From Octopus sinensis (taxonomy: Eukaryota): a stretch of 13,430 nt of DNA. The notes beneath the pieces were generated by a model. That model saw only the letters and a program-made list of their open reading frames with translations. It was not told where the DNA came from and ran no database searches. Positions 1 to 9,527 of the stretch are shown here, in pieces (within the stretch, counting starts at the first letter, position 1; each line of letters starts with the position of its first letter). The position numbers and the translations under genes were made by a program. The stretch covers positions 1-13,430 of the forward strand of contig NW_021826134.1 in assembly GCF_006345805.1 (NCBI RefSeq). Direction: 5' to 3'.

Positions 1-770
1 GTTTACGGTTTGTACGTCTTTTTCAACACAACATAAAACAAAAATTCTAAAATAATTCTGGAAACGATCTACCCACAAGTTTATTTTTCTTTTTTTGCGA
101 AAGAAATTAAATGCATAAATTACATGGGTTTTACGGTAATCAGTATTTAACTTATCGCTAGGGTGCAGAATGTAGTGCCATACATGGCCCCAAGATAATT
201 CTCCATATATAATATAGTAATGCAGTTTGCCCATCTGTTTTATGATAACGCAATATATGTGGGTAATGTGGTTTGAAGTTACTTTTTTTCCTGTTTTTCT
301 CAAGGAATGTATATGCTGTGGGTATCGTGTTTAAAAGAGCTTTTCGACAGCCAAAGTAATTCCATTCTATTTTCATCTTGGACAGGTATATTCCCTTTAA
401 GGAACAAGCTTAGTGCGTTTCTAATTTTTTTACATATACACTGTGTTGTGGTTGTGAAGTATTGCTAGTCTTGTTTGTTTTTTTTTCGTTGAAATTTGAC
501 AGTCTCTGATATTACGCCATAGATTTATAGACATCATTTTAATAAATATTTTGAAGCATTCGTATAAATCGGTTTGGTTACTTATCATTGACATAAAGAT
601 CCATTGTTTCTTAATGAACACGTCCAAGCTATATTTTATCGTATCGTGCAAAATTCTTTTCCAGTTTCTGCCTTTTTTTTTTGTAAATGTTCAATATACT
701 CCAGCTTTTCTTTGAAATCGTTTCTTATAAAATGAATTGCTATAAGTTGAAAAAGCTATGATATAAACTA
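1..770 (-). mobile_element. Decayed Penelope-like retroelement 3' portion (RT-EN linker, GIY-YIG endonuclease remnant, probable pLTR start)
   Basis: Manual - strand translation across frameshifts gives, in the order expected for Penelope elements: DFKEKLEYIE (from 719), RNWKR (669-655), YSLDV, CICKK (440-426, CxC motif), YFG (358-350), LSKSSFK and RYPQHIHSLRK (from 327). The last three resemble the YIG-x(4)-FK-x-RY-x2-H-x2-S segment of PLE GIY-YIG domains. Several stops and frameshifts. Family assignment is from recalled motifs; boundaries approximate. Confidence 0.55.
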
Positions 771-1080
771 TTGTTGCACACTTATAATAACACCAACAAG
801 AGGGTAAAAAATGACATCACCGATATTTAAACGAGACAGTTGAATAGAATATTTTACTAAAACCGAGGGGTAGTGTTCTCAAAAACCGCAGCTATAACTA
901 GTCAAAGTGTTGATTGGTCAACAACAGTGAGAGCGAACTCGGATTAATTTGCAACCCAATTCAAATAACATTCATGATAGAATCAGGAAAGTAAACTACA
1001 TCTGTCATGGAAACGACACTAAAATTGTAATCAGCTAATTTATTAACATTTTTATGAAAAGAAAGTGCAAGTTCACTTAC

Positions 1081-1194
1081 TTTGATATTGTCGAATTTTA
1101 TCCCTTCATCTTGTAATCGTGAATATTCAGTGCTCCAGAATTCGCTAACATATGCTGCACATTCATATCAACGATACAGGAAATCGTATGCATA
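1081..1194 (-). other. Candidate 114-nt exon with one in-frame TGA (Sec-containing exon or pseudo-exon)
   Basis: Acceptor GTTGTTTTTCAG (AG at 1196-1195) and donor GTAAGT (1080-1075); 38 codons. Phase-0 translation YAYDFLYR*YECAAYVSEFWSTEYSRLQDEGIKFDNIK, with TGA at 1170-1168. The other two frames also contain stops. Confidence 0.45.
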
Positions 1195-1240
1195 CTGAAA
1201 AACAACTCGATTACGGCAATGTTTTGATTATGGCAATCAT

Positions 1241-1273
1241 AACAAAAACAAAAACAAAAACAAAAACAAAACA
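1241..1273. repeat. (AAAAAC)n microsatellite
   Basis: About 5 tandem AAAAAC units. Confidence 0.9.
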
Positions 1274-1499
1274 GAAAATGAAAATGATACAACGACAATA
1301 ATCGCATTGCTAATATACATTCACAAATGAATAAAGGAACGACAACATGGCACAACTACGGCAACACCTATGACATTGTAGAAACACACTGAATGAGTTT
1401 CCATTGATTATAGAAGTTAACTACACCACCCCATCGTACTTATTTGGAGTTAGTTGATAAGTCAAAAGTTACGAGTAAGTCATAAACAAGTTCACAATC

Positions 1500-1803
1500 T
1501 CAGTTGAACGAGATACCTCTATATGGTCATTCGATCCGCTGGAAAAATAACCCACTCACCCACCCACGAATCATATAACTAGTCGTGGATACATTGGATA
1601 ATGTAGACCTTATAACACTATGCAACAAGGAAAAAGAAAGAAACAAATAAACAAAAATGAAAGAAAAGGTGAGAAGTCTATGAAGTGTCTTTGAGCATAG
1701 GTTCAGCTAACCTGAGTTGACCTATGGCTGAATACAACAACAACGAGAGCAACAACAATCACAACAACAGCAACAACGAGAGCATAACCGATCTCAGCAA
1801 CAG
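1500..1803 (+). mobile_element. Old retroposon/SINE 3' remnant with (CAA)n tail
   Basis: Ends in a degenerate (CAA)n tail at 1733-1803. The segment ATGGTCATTCGATCCGCTGGAAAAATAACC near 1522 resembles ATGGTTACTTGATATGCTAGAATGTATAACC near 3156, indicating a dispersed repeat. Boundaries approximate. Confidence 0.4.
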
Positions 1804-1985
1804 CTGCCAAGGAACCTGTTAACACAGGTTGTTATAAAGCGTGTATCGTCGTACATTGAACTAAATGCACTGTTAATGATCTTCAGTAAACACTAAATAT
1901 TCGTAGTCCCACATAGAAGCATACAATCAGATGTAGCCGTGCACGTACATACACACATAAATACATATAGAAAGGAGACCGGCAA
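1789..1985 (-). other. Exon-like segment after a very strong splice acceptor; no open frame
   Basis: On the - strand a ~35-nt pyrimidine-rich tract TTTTCCGCTTCTGTTTTTTCCTTTTTTCTTTCCACAG ends at 1986. Possible weak donor CG|GTTATG at 1788. All three frames contain stops. Confidence 0.3.
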
Positions 1986-2139
1986 CTGTGGAAAGAAAAA
2001 AGGAAAAAACAGAAGCGGAAAACCAAAATAATATTGGCGTAAAGAACTGAATACATGAATATAAAACAGGTTATAAATTTTATTTTAAGGTGAAATTACG
2101 GAGATTTTGACAGTTCGCGATACTATTAGTTTGTGTCAC

Positions 2140-2720
2140 TGTATGCATACTTGTTCGTTAGTCCACACACATACAGACACACACATATATGTATATATGT
2201 GTATATGTTACATATATATAGATACATATATACATGCACTTATAAATGCGTATGTACGTAGGCACACTTTTAAATATATATACACAGACACATTTTTGTA
2301 GGTGCAAGTATACGCTGTGTACGTGTGTGGATATTATACATGTATATGTATATATGTATACACACACACACATATATATATATATACTCTTTAAAATGAT
2401 CATATAAGCATGTATGTGTGTGTGCTTATATATGCACACATGCTCATTAAAATGCTCATGTAAGCATGGAAGTCTGTATATGTATATATATAATATATAC
2501 ATGAAAAAATTATCCATATATATATATATACATACACACACACACACAGCACATATATATATATATAATGTATATATATATATATATGTGTATATATATA
2601 TATATAATATATTATATATATATATATATAATATTATATATAATATTACATATATTATATATATCAATCTGAATGCACACATACAAACTGATATATGTAT
2701 ATGTGTTCGCGTTTGTGTGT
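2140..2720. repeat. Compound (TA)n/(CA)n/(TG)n microsatellite region
   Basis: Interrupted dinucleotide runs; source of the YIYI/HTHT ORFs. Confidence 0.9.
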
Positions 2721-2854
2721 GCCGCTTGCGCAAACCTGAGTTTGGCAGCAAGTACTAAAATGTATATTCGTCAATAATCCGTTATACGTTTTAATTAGCG
2801 TACAAAGTGTTTAGAAATAATTAAATTGTAAAGATTATTAAGGACTTAGAGTAG

Positions 2855-2960
2855 GAGAGAGAAGGAGAGTGTGAGCGAGAGAAAGAGAAAGTCAGAGAGA
2901 GAGAGAAAGGGAGAGAGAGAGAGAGAGATGGGGAGAAAGATGTAGAGAGACAGGAAGAGA
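2855..2960. repeat. (GA)n polypurine tract
   Basis: Degenerate GA repeat seen directly. Confidence 0.9.
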
Positions 2961-3275
2961 TGTACTAGGAGTGATTAACTGCAAGTTGTAAGTTAAGCTG
3001 GGGGTTAATTCCACTTCTACTTATAAAATCCACTCAAATGATTAATTTTAATATAAACGAATATTGCTAATTTCCTGTTACAGAGCAAAAGTAGTTTGCT
3101 TTGAAACACCACCAGCTCCCCAAACAACGGACCTGAGCTAATAGAGTTGTTTTACATGGTTACTTGATATGCTAGAATGTATAACCGAATATATACTTTA
3201 ATTGCACACGAAATAGGTGCTGCAGGGGTTAGGAACTGAACGCAGTTAATTCGTAAGCGAAACAGAAATTGCTTA

Positions 3276-3482
3276 AATAATAATTTGAAATTTTGGCACA
3301 AGGCCTGTAATATCGGAGGAGGATTTAAATCGATTACATCGAACCCAATTTTATTTTATCGACCCCGAAATTGATAAAAGGCGAAGTCGACCTCTGCAGA
3401 ATTTGAACTCACAACGTTATGACGGCCGAAATGCCGATAAGCATTTCGCCCGGTGTGTTAGCGATTCTGCCAGCTCTCCGCC
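3276..3482 (-). mobile_element. tRNA-derived SINE family A, full-length diverged copy
   Basis: Head GGCGGAGAGCTGGCAGAATCG with A-box-like TGGCAGAATCG (3472-3462) and B-box GAGTTCAAATT (3410-3400), then the central GTCGACTT..CCTTT..TTTCGGGGTCGATAAAAT domain. Two more copies lie within 450 bp. Confidence 0.85.
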
Positions 3483-3558
3483 TTCCAGCTGCTTGAATAA
3501 AAACAACAATCAATATGAACTAAAACAATAAGAAGAATAACAATTACAAGAATCATAA

Positions 3559-3717
3559 TTCTTTCTACTAGAAGCGCAAGGCCTGATATTTAGAGGAAGG
3601 GATTAAGTAGATTACATCGTCCCCAGTGCGTAACTTGTACTTAATCTATCGATTCCGAAAGGATGAAAAGCAAAGTCGACCTCGTCGGCATTTGAACTCA
3701 GAACGAGAAGACAGACG
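3559..3717 (-). mobile_element. SINE family A, 5'-truncated copy
   Basis: Shares CAAGGCCTG..., GAAAGGATGAAA.GCAAAGTCGACCTCG and ATTTGAACTCAGAACG with its neighbours; breaks off at GACAGACG where the next copy's tail begins. Confidence 0.85.
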
Positions 3718-3914
3718 CTACACACAGAGGGGACAAATAAGGACAGACCAACGGATTAAGTCGATTATATGGACCCCAGAGCGTACTGGTACTTATTTAA
3801 TCGACCCCGAAAGGATGAAAGGCAAAGTCGACCTCGGCGGAATACGAGCTCAGAACGTAACGGCAGACGAAATACCGCTAAGCATTTCGCCCTAACGATT
3901 CTGCCAGCTCGCCA
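3718..3914 (-). mobile_element. SINE family A, near full-length copy with a different 3' tail
   Basis: ATCGACCCCGAAAGGATGAAAGGCAAAGTCGACCTCGGCGG core and CGATTCTGCCAGCTCGCC head. Its tail (3718-3754, ACACACAGAGGGGACAAATAAGGACAGAC) differs from the other two copies. Confidence 0.85.
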
Positions 3915-4179
3915 ACTTAATAAGAAAAATAATGGCTTCAAATGTTGCCTACCAGACCTGAAATGATCGGAAAAGGAGTAAGTCGTTTTCCTCGACCCCA
4001 ATACTTGGCTGGCACTTTTACCCATGAGACTACGGCCATGGTGCAGCACCATACTGAAGATTTTCGGTGATTTATTATTGCTTGTTTACACATTTTCGAG
4101 ATCAGTGACGAAAAGTCACCGGAAAAAAGGATACATGTATTTGCATTGGGCCCCCTTCCCATCGAAGACCGGTGATTGT

Positions 4180-4224
4180 CGTGTGCTGATGACGGTTAAA
4201 TACTCTGAAACCCAGGTCCGTGCG
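4180..4224 (+). ncRNA. Type I hammerhead ribozyme motif (GUC site) in a probable PLE-pLTR/retrozyme-like repeat (~4150-4426)
   Basis: Core CTGATGA 4186-4192; GAAA 4207-4210; helix III ACC/GGT; GUC triplet 4216-4218; helix I CGTGTG (4180-4185) with CGTGCG (4219-4224), 3 GC + 3 GU pairs. Helix II is imperfect. Confidence 0.65.
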
Positions 4225-4426
4225 TATCACGTCAGGTCGACGATGGGAAGGATCGCCTCTCTTTGCAAATACCGATAGGACACAGAAAGTGTGTCAATAA
4301 TCAGCTGGCGAAGATGTTCTTGTGGGGCTACAAGCTACAGTAACATCTACCTTTAGTGGTTAGCCACATTTAGATGGCAAATATACTTCACATTGTCGTG
4401 CAGTTACTGTTCATAACCTCGTTCAG

Positions 4427-4427
4427 A

Positions 4428-4473
<46 letters not shown>

Positions 4474-4494
4474 TATATATATATATATATATAT
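4427..4494. repeat. (TA)n microsatellite
   Basis: Near-perfect TA run. Confidence 0.95.
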
Positions 4495-4837
4495 GTGGGT
4501 GCGTGTAAGTATTTCATTTATTTTTTATCGTATTTTCTACTGAAGAGGGAAGAATCATAGGATTAATTGATTCAATATAGAAATAACGAACTTTAAAAAA
4601 AAAATTCTGTTCGCTAGCCATCCTCGATTTCAGCACGACGTGTATTTTATAGTGAATGTATATTGTAATGTGGAAACTGACGATTTAAAGTCTGTTCTCA
4701 CCAAACTGGTATAGAAATAATTTTTTTTTTGTCCTTGTTTATAAGTTGTTTATAATTTTAACCTTTAAAAGTATTTTAATATGCTGCCACTTTTGATGAA
4801 ATTTTTTCTGAAAAAAATTTTATCCTATTAGTAATCC

Positions 4838-4864
4838 TATATATGTATATACATATACATATAC

Positions 4865-4900
<36 letters not shown>

Positions 4901-5028
4901 TATATATTATATATATTATATATATATATAATATATATATGAGAGAGAGAGAGAGAAGGAGATAGATAGATAGATAGATTAGATAGATAGATAGATAGAT
5001 AGGTAGATAGATTTATACACACACACAA
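4838..5028. repeat. Compound (TA)n-(GA)n-(GATA)n-(CA)n microsatellite
   Basis: Seen directly. Confidence 0.95.
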
Positions 5029-5034
5029 ACTATA

Positions 5035-5242
5035 TGTATTTGTATGTCTGTGTTTGTCCACTCACCATCACTTGTCAATCCATGTTTGTGTGTTTACGTC
5101 CCCGTAACTTAGCGTTCGGCAAAGGGCGCTGATAAAGTAAGTACAAGGCTTGCAAAGAATAAGTCCTGTGGTGGATTAGTTCGACTAAAGGCGGTGTTCC
5201 AGCATGGCTAAAGTCGAACGAGTGAAAGAAGGAAAAGAATAA
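5035..5242 (+). mobile_element. SINE family B, 3' half only
   Basis: Reverse complement of about 7285-7475 (GTCTGTGTTTGTCC, CCCCGTAA.TTAGCG, AAAGAATAAGTCCTG, CGACTAAAGGCGGTG.TCCAGCATGGC). No tRNA head seen. Confidence 0.85.
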
Positions 5243-5394
5243 ATCTCTAGTCTTCTTTCCGATAAGTGTAAACATACAAAGCAAAGCACAGAGTTAGCAA
5301 AAGCCGTATCCGTGCTAGCTGTGCATCACACACCATCACGTTAATCGTCGTCGAGCGATCCATGCCATACATTAATAAATCATAATCATGCAGG

Positions 5395-5415
5395 CATATA
5401 TATATGTACATATTT

Positions 5416-5450
<35 letters not shown>

Positions 5451-5626
5451 GAGAGAGAGAGAGAGAGAGCGAGAGCGACAATGTACATACATATACCTAT
5501 ATATCTATAAACAATTTTTTCCATTTTCTGATATATATTATATGTATGTATGTGTGTATATATATGTATATATATATATCCATATATCCATCCATACATA
5601 CATAATGTATATATGTATATATATAG
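5395..5626. repeat. (GA)n plus (TA)n compound microsatellite
   Basis: Seen directly. Confidence 0.9.
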
Positions 5627-5785
5627 ATAGATCGCTTGCCACTACACATTCTTTATTTCTCTCCTTGTTTCTTTCTGTGTGCCTTTCTGCGGAAGAGCGT
5701 AGGCTCGAAACGTTAAAAACCTTTTCACTTCCGAGCGTTATACTAAACACCTGTCTATGTCTTTTATCTTACTGTGAATTCTCCC
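5627..5785 (+). mobile_element. Short dispersed repeat (PLE-pLTR-like) with variant hammerhead motif, copy 1
   Basis: Homologous to 10021-10203. HHR layout at 5684-5717: TTT-CTGCGGA-A-GAGC-GTAG-GCTC-GAAA-CG-TT-AAA. Flanked by (TA)n on both sides. Confidence 0.75.
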
Positions 5786-5819
<34 letters not shown>

Positions 5820-5960
5820 AATTATATATATATATATGTGTGTGTTGTGTGTGTGTGTGTGGTCTTTATGTGTGTGTATTTATATACATATATTGTATAT
5901 ACATATATTATAATATATATAAACATACAACACACACACACATATATATATATTTGTATA
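5786..5960. repeat. (TA)n/(TG)n/(CA)n microsatellite
   Basis: Seen directly. Confidence 0.9.
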
Positions 5961-6148
5961 TCTAATACTCTACAGCGATACTGTGCTGAATGAAATGACC
6001 GCTGACTAACAAGTCTAAGACTCTTAATTTCGTTGAACGAGTGCTGTAGTATCACTTTGGTGGTATGATTATCGCAGTTATATTGTCAACTGCAAAAGAT
6101 GCATTCTAATACCGCTGGTTGTATTGCAAATTTTGTCCGTCTCTTGAT

Positions 6149-6242
6149 GTGTATATATATAATATACTATAATATATATTATATTATATATATATATATA
6201 TATTATATATATATATATATAGTATAGTGTTGTGTGTGTGGT
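6149..6242. repeat. (TA)n/(TG)n microsatellite
   Basis: Seen directly. Confidence 0.9.
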
Positions 6243-6794
6243 GAGTGTACTGACATATCATAAAATCATATGTAGTCTACACTGTGTAGTCTAGATATTC
6301 GTTTCACAGGCATGAACTGATAAACAAATAGTTGAACGTATCCTCATTAAACACGCTATATATTTCTGACGGATTAATGACCATATCCTGTGGTCGTTAG
6401 CCCACGAGAGTGAATCAGCTTACTTTGTGACCCTAATGTTTTGGAAAACTATTGGATGAATATACTTTCATATACAACATTACATTTAGAACTACAATCT
6501 GTCGCAAGTCGCAATTAAGAGTGTCATGTGCTGTAACACAATTGTGTTTCTTTATATAGCGATATTATGTGGCCAGACTGGTCAATAAAGAGTTCAATGC
6601 TCAAATGTCTCTGGGTCACGAAACACGTATTTCTGCAAGCATGCCTGTTTGGGATCGTCCGGACCAACCGTCTCCCCAGGTCCGCCGTCTGTCGCCGAAA
6701 CATCATATATGAGTCTGTCTGTCTTTCTGTATATCTGTGTTTTTATCAATGTCGCTACGTATCTACGTCGCGTATATTTATATGTAAAATTGTG

Positions 6795-6806
6795 ATATAT
6801 ATATAT

Positions 6807-6849
<43 letters not shown>

Positions 6850-6955
6850 GGTCAATTATATAGTTATATATATATATATATATATAATTATATATGCATA
6901 TATATACTCTGTGTGTGTGTATATATATTCATATACATATACATTTATATATCAT
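6795..6955. repeat. (TA)n-rich microsatellite
   Basis: Seen directly. Confidence 0.9.
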
Positions 6956-6956
6956 A

Positions 6957-7183
6957 TTACTCTTTTACTTCTTTCAGTCATTTGACTGCAGCCATGCTGG
7001 AGCACCTCTTTTAGTCAAACAAATCGACACCAGGGTTTATTCTTTACAAACCTAGTATTTTTTAATCAGTTCATCTGCCGAACCGCTAAATTACGGGGAC
7101 GCAAACACACCAATATGGGTTGTCAAGCGATGAAGCAGGGACAAACACAGACACACAAACATATACATACATTCATATACATA

Positions 7184-7217
<34 letters not shown>

Positions 7218-7223
7218 GGGCTT
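6957..7223 (-). mobile_element. SINE family B, 3' half plus internal microsatellite (head missing)
   Basis: Direct repeat of about 7281-7570 (TTACTCTTTTACTT, TTGACTGC.GCCATGCTGGAGCACC, GGTTGTCAAGCGATG, GACAAACACAGACACACAAAC). Confidence 0.85.
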
Positions 7224-7276
7224 AGTATTTAATACATAAACTTATAAGCCATATATATTGTATATATCAATGTATA

Positions 7277-7725
7277 TTCTTTACTCTTTTACTTGTTTCA
7301 CCCACTTGACTGCGGCCATGCTGGAGCACCGCCTTTAGTCGAGCAAATCGACCCCAGGACTTATTCTTTGAAAGCTTAGTACTTATTCTATCGGTGTCTT
7401 TTGCAGAAGCGCTAATTTACGGGGACATAAACACACCAGCATCGGTTGTCAAGCGATGTTGGGGGACAAACACAGACACACAAACACACACACACCACAC
7501 ACACACACACACACCCACACACACACACATATATTATATATTATATATATATATATATATACGATGAGTTTCGTTTCAGTTTCCGTCTACCAAATCCACT
7601 CACAAGGCTTTGGTCGGCCCGAAGCTATAGTAGAAGACACTTGCCCAAGGTACCACGCAGTGGGACTGAACCCAGAACCATTTGGTTGGTAAGCAAGCTA
7701 CTTACCACACAGCCACTCCTGCACC
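7277..7725 (-). mobile_element. tRNA-derived SINE family B, full length, CORE-like domain, internal (CA)n(TA)n
   Basis: Head GGTGCAGGAGTGGCTGTGTGGT with A-box (7715-7705) and B-box GGTTCAGTCCC (7672-7662). ACCTTGGGCAAGT (7651-7639) matches the CORE-SINE motif. Microsatellite at about 7475-7560; AGTAAAAG-type tail. Confidence 0.9.
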
Positions 7726-7974
7726 TATATATACATATTTCGGACTCAATACAACCCCATCCTCTCAGTCACATTTCCTATACCTTTGAAAAAAACAAAA
7801 CATTTTATTGTATCTTACTTTTATTCGTTTATGTTTTTTTTTGTCTGTTACTGATTTTTAAAATTTATTTCTGCTATAGATTTATTCATATAATCTTTTT
7901 TCCTTTTATGATTATCACTAATTTTTATTTTCATTATTTACTGGTATTATTTTGTAAATTTTATATTCCTGTAG

Positions 7975-8670
7975 CACCCATCACACACCTCACGTGTACA
8001 CACCCACATCCACACGTACAGACATCATACATACACATGCTCTCCCACACACGCACACATATACACGCACACATGCACACTCACACACATAATACGCACA
8101 CCCTTAGCTACACCAATGTACCCACACGAACTCCACCTCTATCCTCTCTCTCCTCCTGACGCTCGCACACACACACACACAAACACACGCGTGTGCACGC
8201 ACACACCTCAATGCACATATACCTCTACAAACACAATCCTGCACACACACAACACACACATACACAGTCACATCTACCCAATCACACACCTTTCAGACTG
8301 CCTCTGACTCACTATTGATACTTCGATCTACGCACACATGCAAACACACACACACAAACATGCACACACACACACACGCACACACAGTCTCACACACACA
8401 CAAGTCTACACCCACCCATTCATATACCTGTCACTATAGCTGCTGAGCTCCAGAGAGGCATTCACACACGCACACTGATTCTACCATACGCACACAACTT
8501 CTACCACACTCACATATATCCTACCACACACACACACACAGACTATTCACATACGCAGACTACTCACACAAACACACACACTTAATACCACACACAAACA
8601 CGCTACCATATATGCTACCCACACACATGCTACCATATACGCTACCACACAAACACACACACACATATAC
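7975..8670. repeat. Degenerate (CA)n-rich low-complexity tract
   Basis: About 700 bp of CA-derived sequence; CTACC(A) recurs about 7 times in 8480-8650. Confidence 0.85.
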
Positions 8671-8671
8671 C

Positions 8672-8945
8672 GACCATCTTCACAGTATCTTGTCCCAGAA
8701 AACACTTTTCTTCGTCCTTCTACTTCCGGTCACTTCAGAAATGTAACTGCACATGGACTATCGGCGAAATTTCGTCCTTCTCTCTTTTTCTTTGGACTTT
8801 CCCGTTTTTCTTGTTTCTGACGAAAGCTATGCTGGAAACCTAAAACTACAACTCTCTTCTTTCTCCGAGCGTCGTATTAATACATTGCTTGTATTACGTC
8901 CCCACGTTGGTTTGTTTTTTACTTTTTTTCTCCGTGTTTTAAATC

Positions 8946-8948
<3 letters not shown>
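8672..8948 (+). mobile_element. Probable PLE-pLTR-like repeat with minimal hammerhead motif (8813-8846)
   Basis: GTTT-CTGACGA-A-AGC-TAT-GCT-G-GAAA-CC-TA-AAAC, with helix I GTTT/AAAC. The downstream TCCGAGCGT...AATACA resembles the 5627/10021 family. Ends at a perfect (TA)n. Confidence 0.6.

Positions 8949-8996
<48 letters not shown>
8949..8996. repeat. (TA)n microsatellite
   Basis: Perfect TA run. Confidence 0.95.
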
Positions 8997-8998
<2 letters not shown>

Positions 8999-9075
8999 GT
9001 ACATTCATGCATACACACCCAAATAATGTATACCCGAATTCATAAAACACTAGATGTATAAATATACAGACTTAC

Positions 9076-9527
9076 ATACAATCTTCCTCTGCAATATGAT
9101 GTTACTAAAGCAATATACGATGTCATCCACGGTAAAGATTGCTCTGGGCTAAATATAGACAAAACCCAGGCAATGAAACACGTACTTATCATCAGTAAGC
9201 ATTTTCAGTGAAATATTTCATCAAAATTACTAACAAATGCAAATACAACATATCTGACATTATTTGGAGCAGAATCGTCGTTTAAAATCATGGCGTTCGT
9301 TTGCCTGCCGATGTACATGTATTTTCCAAAATCATCCAGAAAGACAATGCTAACGAACCATTGCTTTCTTAACTCTCGCTCGTCTTTCTTGAGGATAAAT
9401 TTAGATTTGTGACCGTAAAGATTAATGCCCCAGGTTATGTTAGTATATCACTATGCCACAATTTGGAGAAACTCAGTTTTTGAAGCAAACGAAGGCACCA
9501 GCTATTACAAACTTTTAAAGACACAAT
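9076..9527 (-). pseudogene. Candidate decayed coding exon of unknown product
   Basis: Acceptor TTATTATTTACAG (ending 9528) and donor GTAAGT (9075-9070). Contains an 80-codon stop-free stretch YTNITWGINLYGHKSKF...QWFVSIVFLDDFGKYMYIGRQTN...RYVVFAFVSNFDEIFH that is absent from the ORF track for lack of an early start codon. Stops or frameshifts lie on either side. Confidence 0.35.

Noticed and set aside
1098-1355. 85-aa - strand ORF
   Set aside because: Runs through an (AAAAAC)n repeat and across the apparent splice acceptor; the splice-bounded frame is a better explanation.
2107-2758. ORFs of 64-197 aa, and similar YIYI/HTHT/RERE ORFs at 5247-6055, 7446-8307, 8753-9061, 10241-10591
   Set aside because: Translations of dinucleotide microsatellites and repeats, which lack stop codons by composition.
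3626-4052. ORFs over the SINE cluster
   Set aside because: They lie largely within non-coding family A SINE copies.
4540-4590. CTGAAGA box as a hammerhead (also 4054, 4677, 10251, 10947)
   Set aside because: No properly placed helix II + GAAA + UH + helix I; the 10947 match is inside the mariner sequence.
7655-7725. tRNA gene (also 3395-3482)
   Set aside because: A and B boxes are present but there is no complete cloverleaf, and the sequence continues into SINE bodies.
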